A DNA stretch of 64,000 nucleotides, taken from the IMG/VR virus record IMGVR_UViG_3300037067_018433. The stretch is one strand, 5' to 3'. The notes beneath the pieces were generated by a model, which saw only the letters and a list, made by a program, of their open reading frames with translations, was not told where the DNA came from and searched no databases. Both the position numbers and the translations under genes were made by a program. The number at the start of each line of letters is the position of its first letter. The stretch's first letter is position 1. Below are positions 54,681-63,832 of the stretch, in pieces. Origin of the DNA: a virus (taxonomy: Duplodnaviria; Caudoviricetes).

Positions 54681-57485
54681 ATGCCGCGCACCAACTACCC
54701 GTTCCCCGCTCTCGGTACCCTGCACTGGCGGACTCGCCACACGTTCACCGGTGACACGACGCCCCCCAGCCGCGCCGGCGGTGTGCCGTCGCTTTCGACA
54801 CGAGTTCCGTTCCTCGAGACGGGGACGAGTGGTGACGGTGGTGGACTTCACGTTGCCACCACGCGCGCTATCGGTATGGGAGAGGACCCCCGAAGCAGCG
54901 TCTTCAATCGTCCGCTCTACGACCTGGCGTGCAGCCTCGACATCCTGATGGAGAAGGACTCGGCGGAGCTGGAGATCCTGACGTCCGCCGCCGTCGTGTC
55001 GGGTGGGGCCCCCGACTACCTCGTTGACGTGGTTGCGTGTTTCGTTCCCGATCCGGTCATCTACCTTGGCCCCGCTGGTACGACGGCTGTCGGCGGTGCG
55101 GATCCCGAGAAGTGGTGCAGCAACTACATCAAGGTGTGGGGACCGGGAGCCACGGGTCCGGCCATCGATCCCATCACCGGGCAGCCGTTCCAGGTCATGG
55201 ACGTCCGCAACATGCTCACCGGGTTGGTCAGCGTCTACGCGAACCACCCGACGAACACCCAGGTCTACCCGTTCGGAACTCCTGGTGTGATGACCAGCGT
55301 GGTGGGGACCGCCGTCCAGTTCTACACGCTTGCCGGGGGTGACGCGCCGCCCGTGGGCACGGCTGCCTCCCCGAACTACCAGGCGTTCTTCAACTACACG
55401 CTCTTCGAGCGCAACCTGGCGACCAACCCGACCCTCACCACGCCGTACGCCACGTGCGCCAGCTGGGCCGGCGCGCTGCCCGCGACCTACACGATGGATC
55501 GTGACGTGCAGGCGTTGGGCTGGCTGGCGGGGGACGTCGTCTACCTGTCCCACTTCATGTACGCACCGCAGATCTCCATGTCCGGGAACTACGCGCCGGG
55601 TGTGGAGACCGCGCTGCTCCACGGCACGCCGGCGCTGGCTGCTTTCGGCGCGAGCTACCGGTTCATGGACCTGCTCCGGTTTTCGGACACCACCATCCTG
55701 CCGATGCCACTCGAGGTGACCGAACCGCCCGCGGCTACCATGGGATCCTTCGACTACGCCAATGCCCTCATCAGGGCGGTCGACGGTGCGATGACCGGGA
55801 CTATCGGCTTCGATTTCCGGGGGGGTTCTGATCGCGACATCCCCGGTGGCGGAACGGACACGGACGACGCGTACGCCGGGTTCATGCACCGGAAGCTCAT
55901 GAGCTTCGGCAGCCCGCTAAACACCGAACTCGCGACGGACGACGGCGTGTCGTGGGCCGGCAGTACCGTCACGCTGACCGGGTTCCCCGTCTCCCACTTC
56001 TACGGGGCGGCGCCCGCCAACTCGCATGTTCTCTTGGGCGTGGACATGATCGAGTTGACGACGGCCGCCGGCGTGACCATCGGCCTGTACGTCATTGACG
56101 GTGTGGGCGGGGTGGGTGCCACCTGCAACATCGCCAACCTCGATGGATCTGTTCCTGTGCTGGGTGCCGACAACGGAACGATGCGTGTCTACCGCCCGCA
56201 GTTCCGTACGGGCATCTGGGATTCGGCAGGCGTGCTTGCCGGGCGGTTTGGCGGGACGCTGTTTGTCGGAGACGAGTTCGATACTGACATCTACGCGGCG
56301 GTCGGCGCGCTGTCTGTTGGTGCGTCGGACATCTTCACGGGCTGGAACTCCCCTCTTCCCCGTGATCTGAACGTGGCGATGGACGCATCCGTTGTGCCGC
56401 GATTCCGCGTGCTGTACACCGGGGGTCTTCAACTCGCCGGCGCCTACGACGGCGCCTCCCAGATGTACACCGAGGTCAGCGGCGGGCCGCTTGCGGCTCC
56501 GACATGGAACGGCGCAGGCACCTCGTGGACGACCGACTTGGGCACTTCGCTCACGGGAGCAGCAAAGCCCTGGAATGGTCGGCATCTGTACCTCCACTCA
56601 TTGGACGCCAACGGCGGTGACGACTCGGTGTACACGCAGCTCAGCGTGACGGCGGGTCCTGTTGCCGGTCTTGGTGGTGCAGAGCACGCCGGTGTTTGGA
56701 TGGGGTTCCCGGGTGTCGCCTACCCGCTAGGTGCCACTGTCGGCGCCGGTGATCGTAACGCAGGTTTCGTCTTCTCCCGAAACACTGGGGCGTTCATGGA
56801 GCTCAGTGCCGGGATCACTACGGCAGCACCAGCACTCCTTCGTCGATACACGTTGCGCCAGACACCCACGAACCGCAATCCTCCAGCAACCTTCGCGTCG
56901 CCCGCACGCCTTGAGATGGACACGTCGACATCCATCGGTTGGGAGGTCGAGAAGACTTTCTACCAGAACATCGTCATCTCGGAAGGGCAATCCTGTGCTG
57001 TGGGGAACTGGACTTACGGACAGGACGCCGGTGGTTTCGCTGTCTGGTTCAGGGCGGGTGCCGGCGACGCTACCGAGCTGAATGACTCCATCGACTTCCC
57101 TTTCAACATTCCGGCTGGTGCGACGATCACCGCCGTTGACGTGAAGTACGGGCACAGCAACGGGTATGTCGGTGGGGGCGGGTCTCGACTGCCGCTTGTT
57201 TATGTTCGGCGCGAGGATCCGAACATGGCGGTAAGCGCGGGGGTGCCGAGTGCCCGAGTCGAGCTTCTGGCCGCCGGCTCTTGGCCCGGAATTGGTGTAG
57301 GAGGGGCGGGGTGGCACTGGCAGGTGATTCCGTACGTTCCTGATCAAAACGCGTTGGTAGACAACAGCCTGTACCAGTACTCAGTTCGTGTTGCTTGCCT
57401 CTACGACGCAGGCGCAGGCGTTGCTGCTCATGAGATCGCAGGGATACGAATCACGTACACGTGTGTGGATCTGTTGCCCGCATAG
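54681..57485 (+). CDS. tail fibre / receptor-binding-like protein
   Basis: 934 aa, Gly/Thr/Ala-rich; C-terminal IPAGATITAVDV jelly-roll-like segment; SD AGGAGG. Confidence 0.6.
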   Translation: MPRTNYPFPALGTLHWRTRHTFTGDTTPPSRAGGVPSLSTRVPFLETGTSGDGGGLHVATTRAIGMGEDPRSSVFNRPLYDLACSLDILMEKDSAELEILTSAAVVSGGAPDYLVDVVACFVPDPVIYLGPAGTTAVGGADPEKWCSNYIKVWGPGATGPAIDPITGQPFQVMDVRNMLTGLVSVYANHPTNTQVYPFGTPGVMTSVVGTAVQFYTLAGGDAPPVGTAASPNYQAFFNYTLFERNLATNPTLTTPYATCASWAGALPATYTMDRDVQALGWLAGDVVYLSHFMYAPQISMSGNYAPGVETALLHGTPALAAFGASYRFMDLLRFSDTTILPMPLEVTEPPAATMGSFDYANALIRAVDGAMTGTIGFDFRGGSDRDIPGGGTDTDDAYAGFMHRKLMSFGSPLNTELATDDGVSWAGSTVTLTGFPVSHFYGAAPANSHVLLGVDMIELTTAAGVTIGLYVIDGVGGVGATCNIANLDGSVPVLGADNGTMRVYRPQFRTGIWDSAGVLAGRFGGTLFVGDEFDTDIYAAVGALSVGASDIFTGWNSPLPRDLNVAMDASVVPRFRVLYTGGLQLAGAYDGASQMYTEVSGGPLAAPTWNGAGTSWTTDLGTSLTGAAKPWNGRHLYLHSLDANGGDDSVYTQLSVTAGPVAGLGGAEHAGVWMGFPGVAYPLGATVGAGDRNAGFVFSRNTGAFMELSAGITTAAPALLRRYTLRQTPTNRNPPATFASPARLEMDTSTSIGWEVEKTFYQNIVISEGQSCAVGNWTYGQDAGGFAVWFRAGAGDATELNDSIDFPFNIPAGATITAVDVKYGHSNGYVGGGGSRLPLVYVRREDPNMAVSAGVPSARVELLAAGSWPGIGVGGAGWHWQVIPYVPDQNALVDNSLYQYSVRVACLYDAGAGVAAHEIAGIRITYTCVDLLPA

Positions 57486-57503
57486 CGGGCGGAGGAGGAA
57501 GAG

Positions 57504-57884
57504 ATGGACATTCGATTGCTTGTTGCTGTTGTGGCTGCCGCGGCCAGCGCGTGGTTGTTGATCGTCATCATCAGGAAGGTCCTGGATGCGATCGACAAGG
57601 CGACGGACGGCGTCTTCTACAAGAAGGGCTGGGTGAAGAAGACGGGGATCGTGCTGGACACGCTGCTTCCCATCCTGCCCTGCGTGCCGTCGGGCGGCTT
57701 GGCCCTGCTCATCATGAGCTTCTGGCCGCCGGACGCTCTGTGGAACAACAGCCTCCTGTACTTCTGCATCGGGGCGCTGGCCGGCGTGGTGGCCGCCCAG
57801 ATCTACCAGACCATCACCCGCGGGCTCGAGAAGTACGCCGAGCGCATCGTCGCCAAGACCCCCACCGATCCCCCCACTAGCTAA
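57504..57884 (+). CDS. three-TM membrane protein, holin-like
   Basis: Three hydrophobic segments; GALAGVVAAQIYQTI; at the end of the structural operon. Confidence 0.55.
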   Translation: MDIRLLVAVVAAAASAWLLIVIIRKVLDAIDKATDGVFYKKGWVKKTGIVLDTLLPILPCVPSGGLALLIMSFWPPDALWNNSLLYFCIGALAGVVAAQIYQTITRGLEKYAERIVAKTPTDPPTS

Positions 57885-57916
57885 AAGAAACGGGGGTGCG
57901 GATCCCCCCGTTTCTT
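57881..57916. terminator. bidirectional intrinsic terminator
   Basis: Perfect 12-bp stem AAGAAACGGGGG/CCCCCGTTTCTT (57885-57916) between convergent genes. Confidence 0.8.
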
Positions 57917-57933
57917 CGTACCCAGATACTGGG

Positions 57934-58791
57934 CTAGTCCAGGTACCGGATGCACAGGTTGTCGATGTCCGGGGATCCATCGAATCCGAACCCGTCGTCG
58001 CTCAGGGAGCCGTAGCCCCATTCGTCCGCGCCGACGGGTTCCCCGTTGAAGTAGTACGTGCTAGCGGTGCTCAGCACGTCACGCTCGAGCAGCACCCACT
58101 CGCCGTCGGCCCATGTTCCGACGCTGTCTGCAAGGGCGCTCCCCCCGATGTACACGTTGTGGTCCACCCGCAAGCTGAAGCCATCCGGGTGAATGCTGTG
58201 GAGTACTCCGGTACTGCCCTCCGGCCTCACTCGTACCGAGACCCGGAAGGAACGACCAAGCGGAATGGAGTACTCGGCGCTGCAGAAGATGGACAGCCCC
58301 TGGCCCTCGTAGCCGTCGGCGATGAGCTCGACGTTGGAGGGGGCTCCGCAGCCGGCGTCCACGGGGTTCACCGAACCCGTATCGGTCTCGAAGTCGACCC
58401 ACACGTCGCACTCGCAGTTGCCCAGACCCTCGTCCGTTCCGCCGTCGCAGTCGTCGTCCACGTCGTTGCAGGTCTCGGACGGCACGACGCACTCGTCTTC
58501 CCACCGGCAGAAGCCATCGCAGGACCGCGTACCGGGGGATCCACAGTCGGTGGTGCAGGTCGCCGGCGGCAGCCCGGGCTCGCAGTCCTCGCCGGGCTCG
58601 ACCAGGTCGTTGCCGCACTCGCTGCAGCCCTCGGCGCCCAGGCAGTCGCTGTCCGCGCAGTCGAGATACCCGTCGAGGTCGTTGTCGACCGCGTCGTGGC
58701 AGTCCAGCTCCGTCACCGGAGCATCGCTGTCGTCGGCCGTGGCCGAACCGCAACCGATCACCAGAACCGCCAGAACCATCAAGTTCTTCAT
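57934..58791 (-). CDS. lipoprotein with myxobacterial-type Cys/Asp-rich repeats
   Basis: Lipobox MKNLMVLAVLVIG-C; CHDAVDNDLDGYLDCADSDC; CGNDLVEPGEDC; ETCNDVDDDCDGGTDEG (MopE-like). Confidence 0.8.
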   Translation of the reverse strand: MKNLMVLAVLVIGCGSATADDSDAPVTELDCHDAVDNDLDGYLDCADSDCLGAEGCSECGNDLVEPGEDCEPGLPPATCTTDCGSPGTRSCDGFCRWEDECVVPSETCNDVDDDCDGGTDEGLGNCECDVWVDFETDTGSVNPVDAGCGAPSNVELIADGYEGQGLSIFCSAEYSIPLGRSFRVSVRVRPEGSTGVLHSIHPDGFSLRVDHNVYIGGSALADSVGTWADGEWVLLERDVLSTASTYYFNGEPVGADEWGYGSLSDDGFGFDGSPDIDNLCIRYLD

Positions 58792-58793
58792 GG

Positions 58794-59774
58794 CTACTCC
58801 TCTTCGTTGCTTGGGGCGTCGTCCTCGTACCGCTTTTCCGTCGGTACTAGGGGATCCACATCCTCCTTGTGTAGAATGATCCAAAGAAGGTTGTCGCACC
58901 TGTCTTTGCTACGCGAGCCACTGGCCAGCGCATCCAACGACGCGAGGCACTCCTTGACCCCTGCGTAGATGTCCTCGAACAGCTCGTTCGTAGGACAATC
59001 CTCGCTGAACTCCGTGGTCGACCAGATGGTGTCCAGACAGCTGACCGCGAACGCGTCCGCTTCGGGGGAGAGGTCACCGTTTTCCTTCCGCAGCTTCCGC
59101 ACGCCGCCCGCGTCAGGGATGCACACAAGACTCGGGCGCTGCTTCCACTCTTCCGCGTCCTTCTTCGCGCGCCGCGCTTTCGCCGCGCGCCGCTTTTCCC
59201 CTTGCGCCGCTTCTTCGGGATTCATGAAGACCTGATCTCGTGCGTCGAACTTGTCTTCGTGCTCCCATTTGATCCAGGGAATGGCCCACCCGGTGCACCG
59301 CAGTTGCTCTTCCAGGATATCCGCGAGCGCGAACGGCGTCACGTGTGCAACCGTGGCAACAGGGACAAGCTCGGTCTTTCCTACTTGTAGCTGGTAGGGG
59401 TTTCCTCCCTTCGCCGTTGCCGGCATGTTCCACGTCCGTAGAAGAAGGCCGCCATTGGTCGACACGTAGGTGTCCAGCCGCATGTCCCTCAGCTCTTCGA
59501 GGATGGAGAGCACACCAGAATCTATCGTCTCCAGGTCGGCAACCATCGCCGCTTCCACCTTGTGGATGTCCATCTTCTGAAGGTCCGAGATGAACTTGTT
59601 TCCGTCAGGAATCCAGTAGAGCTGGGGGAGTTCGTTTTCGGCTCCAGGCCACTCCCATTCGACGATCCGAGGGCCCACATTCTCCAGGGCCGCTATCATG
59701 TCCGACGTTCCGTAGAAGGACCCAGGAACCCTCGTCCAACTCCACTTCAGCTGCGCTACCTTCGTGCTTGCCAT
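58794..59774 (-). CDS. hypothetical protein
   Basis: SD GAGGAG; 326-aa open frame. Confidence 0.7.
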   Translation of the reverse strand: MASTKVAQLKWSWTRVPGSFYGTSDMIAALENVGPRIVEWEWPGAENELPQLYWIPDGNKFISDLQKMDIHKVEAAMVADLETIDSGVLSILEELRDMRLDTYVSTNGGLLLRTWNMPATAKGGNPYQLQVGKTELVPVATVAHVTPFALADILEEQLRCTGWAIPWIKWEHEDKFDARDQVFMNPEEAAQGEKRRAAKARRAKKDAEEWKQRPSLVCIPDAGGVRKLRKENGDLSPEADAFAVSCLDTIWSTTEFSEDCPTNELFEDIYAGVKECLASLDALASGSRSKDRCDNLLWIILHKEDVDPLVPTEKRYEDDAPSNEEE

Positions 59775-59805
59775 TTTTCTCCTCTGGCCTTGCGGCCGTC
59801 ACGTG

Positions 59806-60171
59806 CTATTGAAGCGGCTTCCCGTAGGGCTCCTCCCACGAGATGCTGTCCCTGAGCGCGATCAAGCGAGCGAGCTCCTCCTGTTTGTGGCGCAGCTGGT
59901 CCTCCAGCTGGTAGATGGCGTCACGAGCCGTGACGCACTGCAGGTGGATCACGGTCTTCCGCTCATCCCTCTTCGCCAGGGTCACGGTGGCGAAGCGGAA
60001 GGACCCCTCCAACTTGTCCCACTCCGTTCCCGAGACGAACAACATTCCGCTATCGAAGATGTCCTTCGACTCCTTCAGCGACAGGTTGTTTCTGAGCCTG
60101 TAGAGCGCATTGACCGCGCTGAGCTTGGTCGGGGGCTCGAGCTTCGACGCATCGTACGTCACCTTCAACAT
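59806..60171 (-). CDS. protein with ribosomal L7/L12 C-terminal-domain-like motif and coiled coil
   Basis: KLSAVNALYRLRNNLSLKESKDIFD resembles K..VIK.VR...GLGLKEAKDLVE; SD AGGAGGAG. Confidence 0.55.
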   Translation of the reverse strand: MLKVTYDASKLEPPTKLSAVNALYRLRNNLSLKESKDIFDSGMLFVSGTEWDKLEGSFRFATVTLAKRDERKTVIHLQCVTARDAIYQLEDQLRHKQEELARLIALRDSISWEEPYGKPLQ

Positions 60172-60183
60172 CTGCTCCTCCTT

Positions 60184-60353
60184 TGGCCTTGCGGCCGATC
60201 GGTCCGGTGAGCTGTCGGATGATAGCCGTGGAGGTCAGGGGAACCGACTAACCCCGACAGCTCACCGGACCGGGGGACCCGACGGGTCCCCTGTACGGTC
60301 CGGAGAGGAAGCGGACGAGATGGGGCCCTTACGGCGAATCCATAGCTTCCTCT
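60184..60353 (-). ncRNA. candidate structured leader or ncRNA
   Basis: Perfect 19-bp IR 60200-60218/60254-60272; 8-bp hairpin 60273-60291; 9-bp stem 60304-60312/60345-60353; GCAA tetraloop hairpin. Confidence 0.55.
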
Positions 60354-60394
60354 GTTCATTGATCTTATGCCAAATCGAGCCTTCTCGTTTTCGC
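60354..60394 (-). promoter_or_regulatory. bipartite motif GCGAAAAC-N14-TGGCATAAGATCAATGAAC (second copy)
   Basis: Matches 7684-7723; heads the leftward operon. Confidence 0.6.
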
Positions 60395-60477
60395 TTCCGG
60401 GCCTGGTTTTCACCGACAACCCCCCGGTGGTACGCTGGAACTATCAACACGGCGCACAGCGCCTGAAGGAGCAAACC

Positions 60478-62892
60478 ATGGTACTTTCGCGAACCCTCAG
60501 CACGACCACCCGGGAGTTCTGGACCGAGACCGCGGCCACGCTCATCGGGGGCACGGCCATCGCCCACACCACCCTGCTCCAGCGGGACATCAACAACATC
60601 CGCAAGCCGGTGGTCAAGGTGAAGCTCAGCATCGTCACCCTGGTCCCCGTGATCACCTGCGACGTCACGTACGACGCGGGCGGCTTCATGATCGTCACGC
60701 TGACCAACACGGCGGCCGTCGGGACGTCCGCCGCCTACACCCTGGACATCCAGTGGGCGACCATCGTGAACAACGGGACCGCCGATCCGAGCTTCTCGTA
60801 CGACACGCTGGCGGCCATCGCCGCACCGCCGGTCAACCGGGTGTACGTCGACGGGACTCTGGGTGACGACAACAACGACGGGTCGTCCTACACCCAGGCC
60901 TGGAAGACGCTGGACTACCTGCGCAAGCAGCTCGAGGCGCAGAAGGCGCTGTTCCCGGGCACCGCCACGACCTACGTCCACACGCGTGGTGCGTGGGCCG
61001 CCGACGACCACCTGGCGCTCACCGCGCTCCAGCAGGGTCTCGGGCGCATCGTCATCGGCTGCGACTTCGACAACAGCACGCTGCTGCAGACGGGTACGGT
61101 CACCACGATCCACGACCACATCCCGGCGACGGCCGTGCCGCTGCACGACCTGTGCTACATCTCGCTCACCGGAATCGTCCTGACGTCGGCCGACGAAGGG
61201 CGCCACGTCCGGTTCATCGACGCGACCGGTGCCAACTACGCCACCGCTCAGATCATGCAGCGCATCTCGGCGACCGAGTGCTGGATCAACTGGCGCTTCG
61301 GTGCAGGCGGCGTGAACCCCGAGCGTGCGGCGTTCGTGGTCGGCGGCGACGTCATCACCGCGCAGATCTTCGAGTCGACTGCGCTCATCGCCGGGCGCAT
61401 CATCCTGGGCGCCGAAGGGCGCATCCCGCAGGCGGCTACCGGCGTCACTTCCGGCCAGGGCGTCTCGCTGCTCAACCTGCGCACCTACAACCAGGCCCTG
61501 CTCTACGGAACCGGCGGCGGCGCCGTATGGATCGACGCGCGCAATGCGGCGGGCACCGCGCAGCCCATCGTGGCTGTGGGTGGCGCGGGCACGTGCCTCG
61601 GCACCTGGACCAGCGACTGGACGCACCCGGACGACATGCAGGAGTTCGGGTTCGCGGATGCGGTCAACGCCGGCTACGCGACGGGTTGTCGCGGCTCCAA
61701 CGTCACGGCGACCGCGGGTGTGACCTCCGTTCACGGGCTGTTCACCGGTACCCTGTCGCTGAGCGCCACGGTGACCGCGGTCGGCGTCCGCGCGCAGTCC
61801 ATCCAGTCGGTGGGCGCGGGTGCGGCACTCGCCTCCTACTGCATGGCGGATGCCGGAACGACCACGACCGCACCTCCGTACATGGCGAACGCTGGCGGCA
61901 TTCTGGCAACCGACCGCTGTTGCGTCGTCACCGGCAACGTGGCCGGTCTGACCACGGGCTACTGGGTGGTGAGCGACGGCGGCCGCCTCAAGGTCACGAA
62001 CTGTTCGGGTCTCAACTACGGTACGGGCGTCGGGCTGTTCGGTCTGTACGCCGATCGCAAGGGCACCTTCGAGATCGACGGCGTGTCCATGGCGGCCATC
62101 GACGGGAAGAACGGCCGCCTGCGCATGCTCGGGACCAACGGCGAGATCAGCGACGCCGCGACCATCCCCGCCAGCTTCGGGGGCGGCGCCGACATCTTCG
62201 TCCAGGACGGCGTTCTGTGCCTCAACATGGACGTGCTCAAGGGTGCCGTCAACTCGGCGACCGCCATCCAGAACGGCGCGGACGGCCAGATCGTGGCCAT
62301 CGGCACCCAGTTCATCTCGGCTACCGCCGTGTTCACCGCTGGTCACGTCGGGCGCAGCATCAAGGTGAGCGGTTCAGGGACCCCGGCGAACAACGACGTC
62401 CACGTCATCACGGCGTACACCAACCCGACCACCGTCGTCATCGGCGGCGCCGTCGGTCTGGTCAACGATGCGGGCCTCACCTGGGGCCTCGTGGGCACCG
62501 GCAACACGTTCATCGAGTGCGGGCGTGGCGGTCACGTCGTGCAGTCGGCGGGCATGAACTTCAGCATCAAGGAGCCTGAGGTCGATCCTGTCACGACGTT
62601 CCAGGATTGGGACGACTACGGCTACGGGGCGCTCGGCGCCATCTACATGCACGAGGACACGAGCATGACCCTCGGGACGCTCGTCGAGCCCGCGGGTGTC
62701 GCGACGGCGACCGGGCTCGCCGCGACCATCCTCAACCACTCGACGCTCCTGCACACGGGTGGCGCGGTCCTGCTGGGTGTGGCGCCGCTGCAGCTTGGCG
62801 GTGCGGCGGCTGCCGCGTGGCCGGCGGCCTCCGCGAGCGACCTGGCGGCTGGCGTTCCGCAGTTCTGCTTCATCCTGCCGGCTGTCGTCTGA
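60478..62892 (+). CDS. spike/fibre-like protein, probable beta-helix
   Basis: SD AAGGAG; VYVDGTLGDDNNDGSSYTQAWKTL is typical of the entry to beta-helix domains. Confidence 0.65.
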   Translation: MVLSRTLSTTTREFWTETAATLIGGTAIAHTTLLQRDINNIRKPVVKVKLSIVTLVPVITCDVTYDAGGFMIVTLTNTAAVGTSAAYTLDIQWATIVNNGTADPSFSYDTLAAIAAPPVNRVYVDGTLGDDNNDGSSYTQAWKTLDYLRKQLEAQKALFPGTATTYVHTRGAWAADDHLALTALQQGLGRIVIGCDFDNSTLLQTGTVTTIHDHIPATAVPLHDLCYISLTGIVLTSADEGRHVRFIDATGANYATAQIMQRISATECWINWRFGAGGVNPERAAFVVGGDVITAQIFESTALIAGRIILGAEGRIPQAATGVTSGQGVSLLNLRTYNQALLYGTGGGAVWIDARNAAGTAQPIVAVGGAGTCLGTWTSDWTHPDDMQEFGFADAVNAGYATGCRGSNVTATAGVTSVHGLFTGTLSLSATVTAVGVRAQSIQSVGAGAALASYCMADAGTTTTAPPYMANAGGILATDRCCVVTGNVAGLTTGYWVVSDGGRLKVTNCSGLNYGTGVGLFGLYADRKGTFEIDGVSMAAIDGKNGRLRMLGTNGEISDAATIPASFGGGADIFVQDGVLCLNMDVLKGAVNSATAIQNGADGQIVAIGTQFISATAVFTAGHVGRSIKVSGSGTPANNDVHVITAYTNPTTVVIGGAVGLVNDAGLTWGLVGTGNTFIECGRGGHVVQSAGMNFSIKEPEVDPVTTFQDWDDYGYGALGAIYMHEDTSMTLGTLVEPAGVATATGLAATILNHSTLLHTGGAVLLGVAPLQLGGAAAAAWPAASASDLAAGVPQFCFILPAVV

Positions 62893-62908
62893 GCATAGGA
62901 GGTCCTCC

Positions 62909-63832
62909 TTGCCGGCGTTCATCCACGACCGTGCCAAACGGATCATGAAGTCCACGGTCCCCGAGTACGGCAAGGAGAAGGGGAAGCAGGTGGCCTTCGC
63001 TCTAGCGACCCAAGAAGCACACGCCATGGGCAAGTCCCCCAAGACCTGGAAGGGCGAGCCGTTCGGTACTGCCCAGGGGCGTCGCGAGGCCAAGGCCAAG
63101 TTCCCCCACCCCTCCAAGATGAAGAAGACCGCCGAGGACCCGGTCACCGGGCTCCCGACGGCAGACGAGATCGCGGAGCACGTTCGGGTGGGGATGATGG
63201 AAGCGGGGAAGCCCTTGGACAACGGCGTGCTCAAGACCAACGCGCTCGCAGCGGTCACCCCTATCATGGCGTCGATCGACGCCTACCTCAAGAAGGCGGA
63301 TGGCGAGCCGTCCGAGGACCAGGTGGCCGAGTTCCTTCAGCGGAACCCGAACCCGTCGGACGACGCCTTCCACCAGTGGGCAGAAGGCCATGGGTGGGAG
63401 CCGGACGACGCGGAGGCCGTGGCCTACCGGCTGGCGACGCAGAAGGCACAGTTCAACCTCGGCGGCAAGGCGAACGAGGCAGGAAAGACGCCGGCGGATG
63501 TCGACCAAGACCAGCTGGCCAAGGGCCTGATCGTGGAGAAGGAGCACACGCCCAACCTCCAGGACCGGGCTCGGATCAGCACCGATCACATCGTCGAGGA
63601 TGGCAAGTACTACGACGACCCCATGTTCAAGTCCGACCTGAAGAAGACGGGCACCATCAGCTTCGAGAACGGGAAGTTCGTGCTCCACACCAAGGGCGGC
63701 GGTCGGGTCCTGGGGAAGCACCCGGATCGCGCTTCGGCTGTCCGCCAGGAGCGAGCGGTGCACGTCAACAAGCATGCGGCGATTGACGTAGAGGTCCTCA
63801 TCCCCCACGTACTGGAGGCGCTTGGTGGCTGA
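62909..63832 (+). CDS. modular KxA-punctuated protein containing a DUF5661-like domain
   Basis: SD AGGAGG plus TTG; QLAKGLIVEKEHT......ISTDHIVEDGKYY; C-terminal GKFVLHTKGGGRVLGKHPDR..A.RQERAV module. Confidence 0.7.
   Translation: MPAFIHDRAKRIMKSTVPEYGKEKGKQVAFALATQEAHAMGKSPKTWKGEPFGTAQGRREAKAKFPHPSKMKKTAEDPVTGLPTADEIAEHVRVGMMEAGKPLDNGVLKTNALAAVTPIMASIDAYLKKADGEPSEDQVAEFLQRNPNPSDDAFHQWAEGHGWEPDDAEAVAYRLATQKAQFNLGGKANEAGKTPADVDQDQLAKGLIVEKEHTPNLQDRARISTDHIVEDGKYYDDPMFKSDLKKTGTISFENGKFVLHTKGGGRVLGKHPDRASAVRQERAVHVNKHAAIDVEVLIPHVLEALGG

Noticed and set aside
20603-57884. Bacterial extracellular contractile injection system or tailocin locus instead of a phage
   Set aside because: Surrounded by dozens of phage-type small ORFs, a sigma factor and GroES, with no host housekeeping genes. 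Sheath, tube and capsid genes were not recognised here, so this rests on context.
60300-60353. c-di-GMP-II riboswitch or hammerhead ribozyme (GGAAGCTATG start on the minus strand)
   Set aside because: The remaining conserved cores (GGGCAC...GTGCAACC; CTGATGA...GAAA) are not present; left as an unclassified structured RNA
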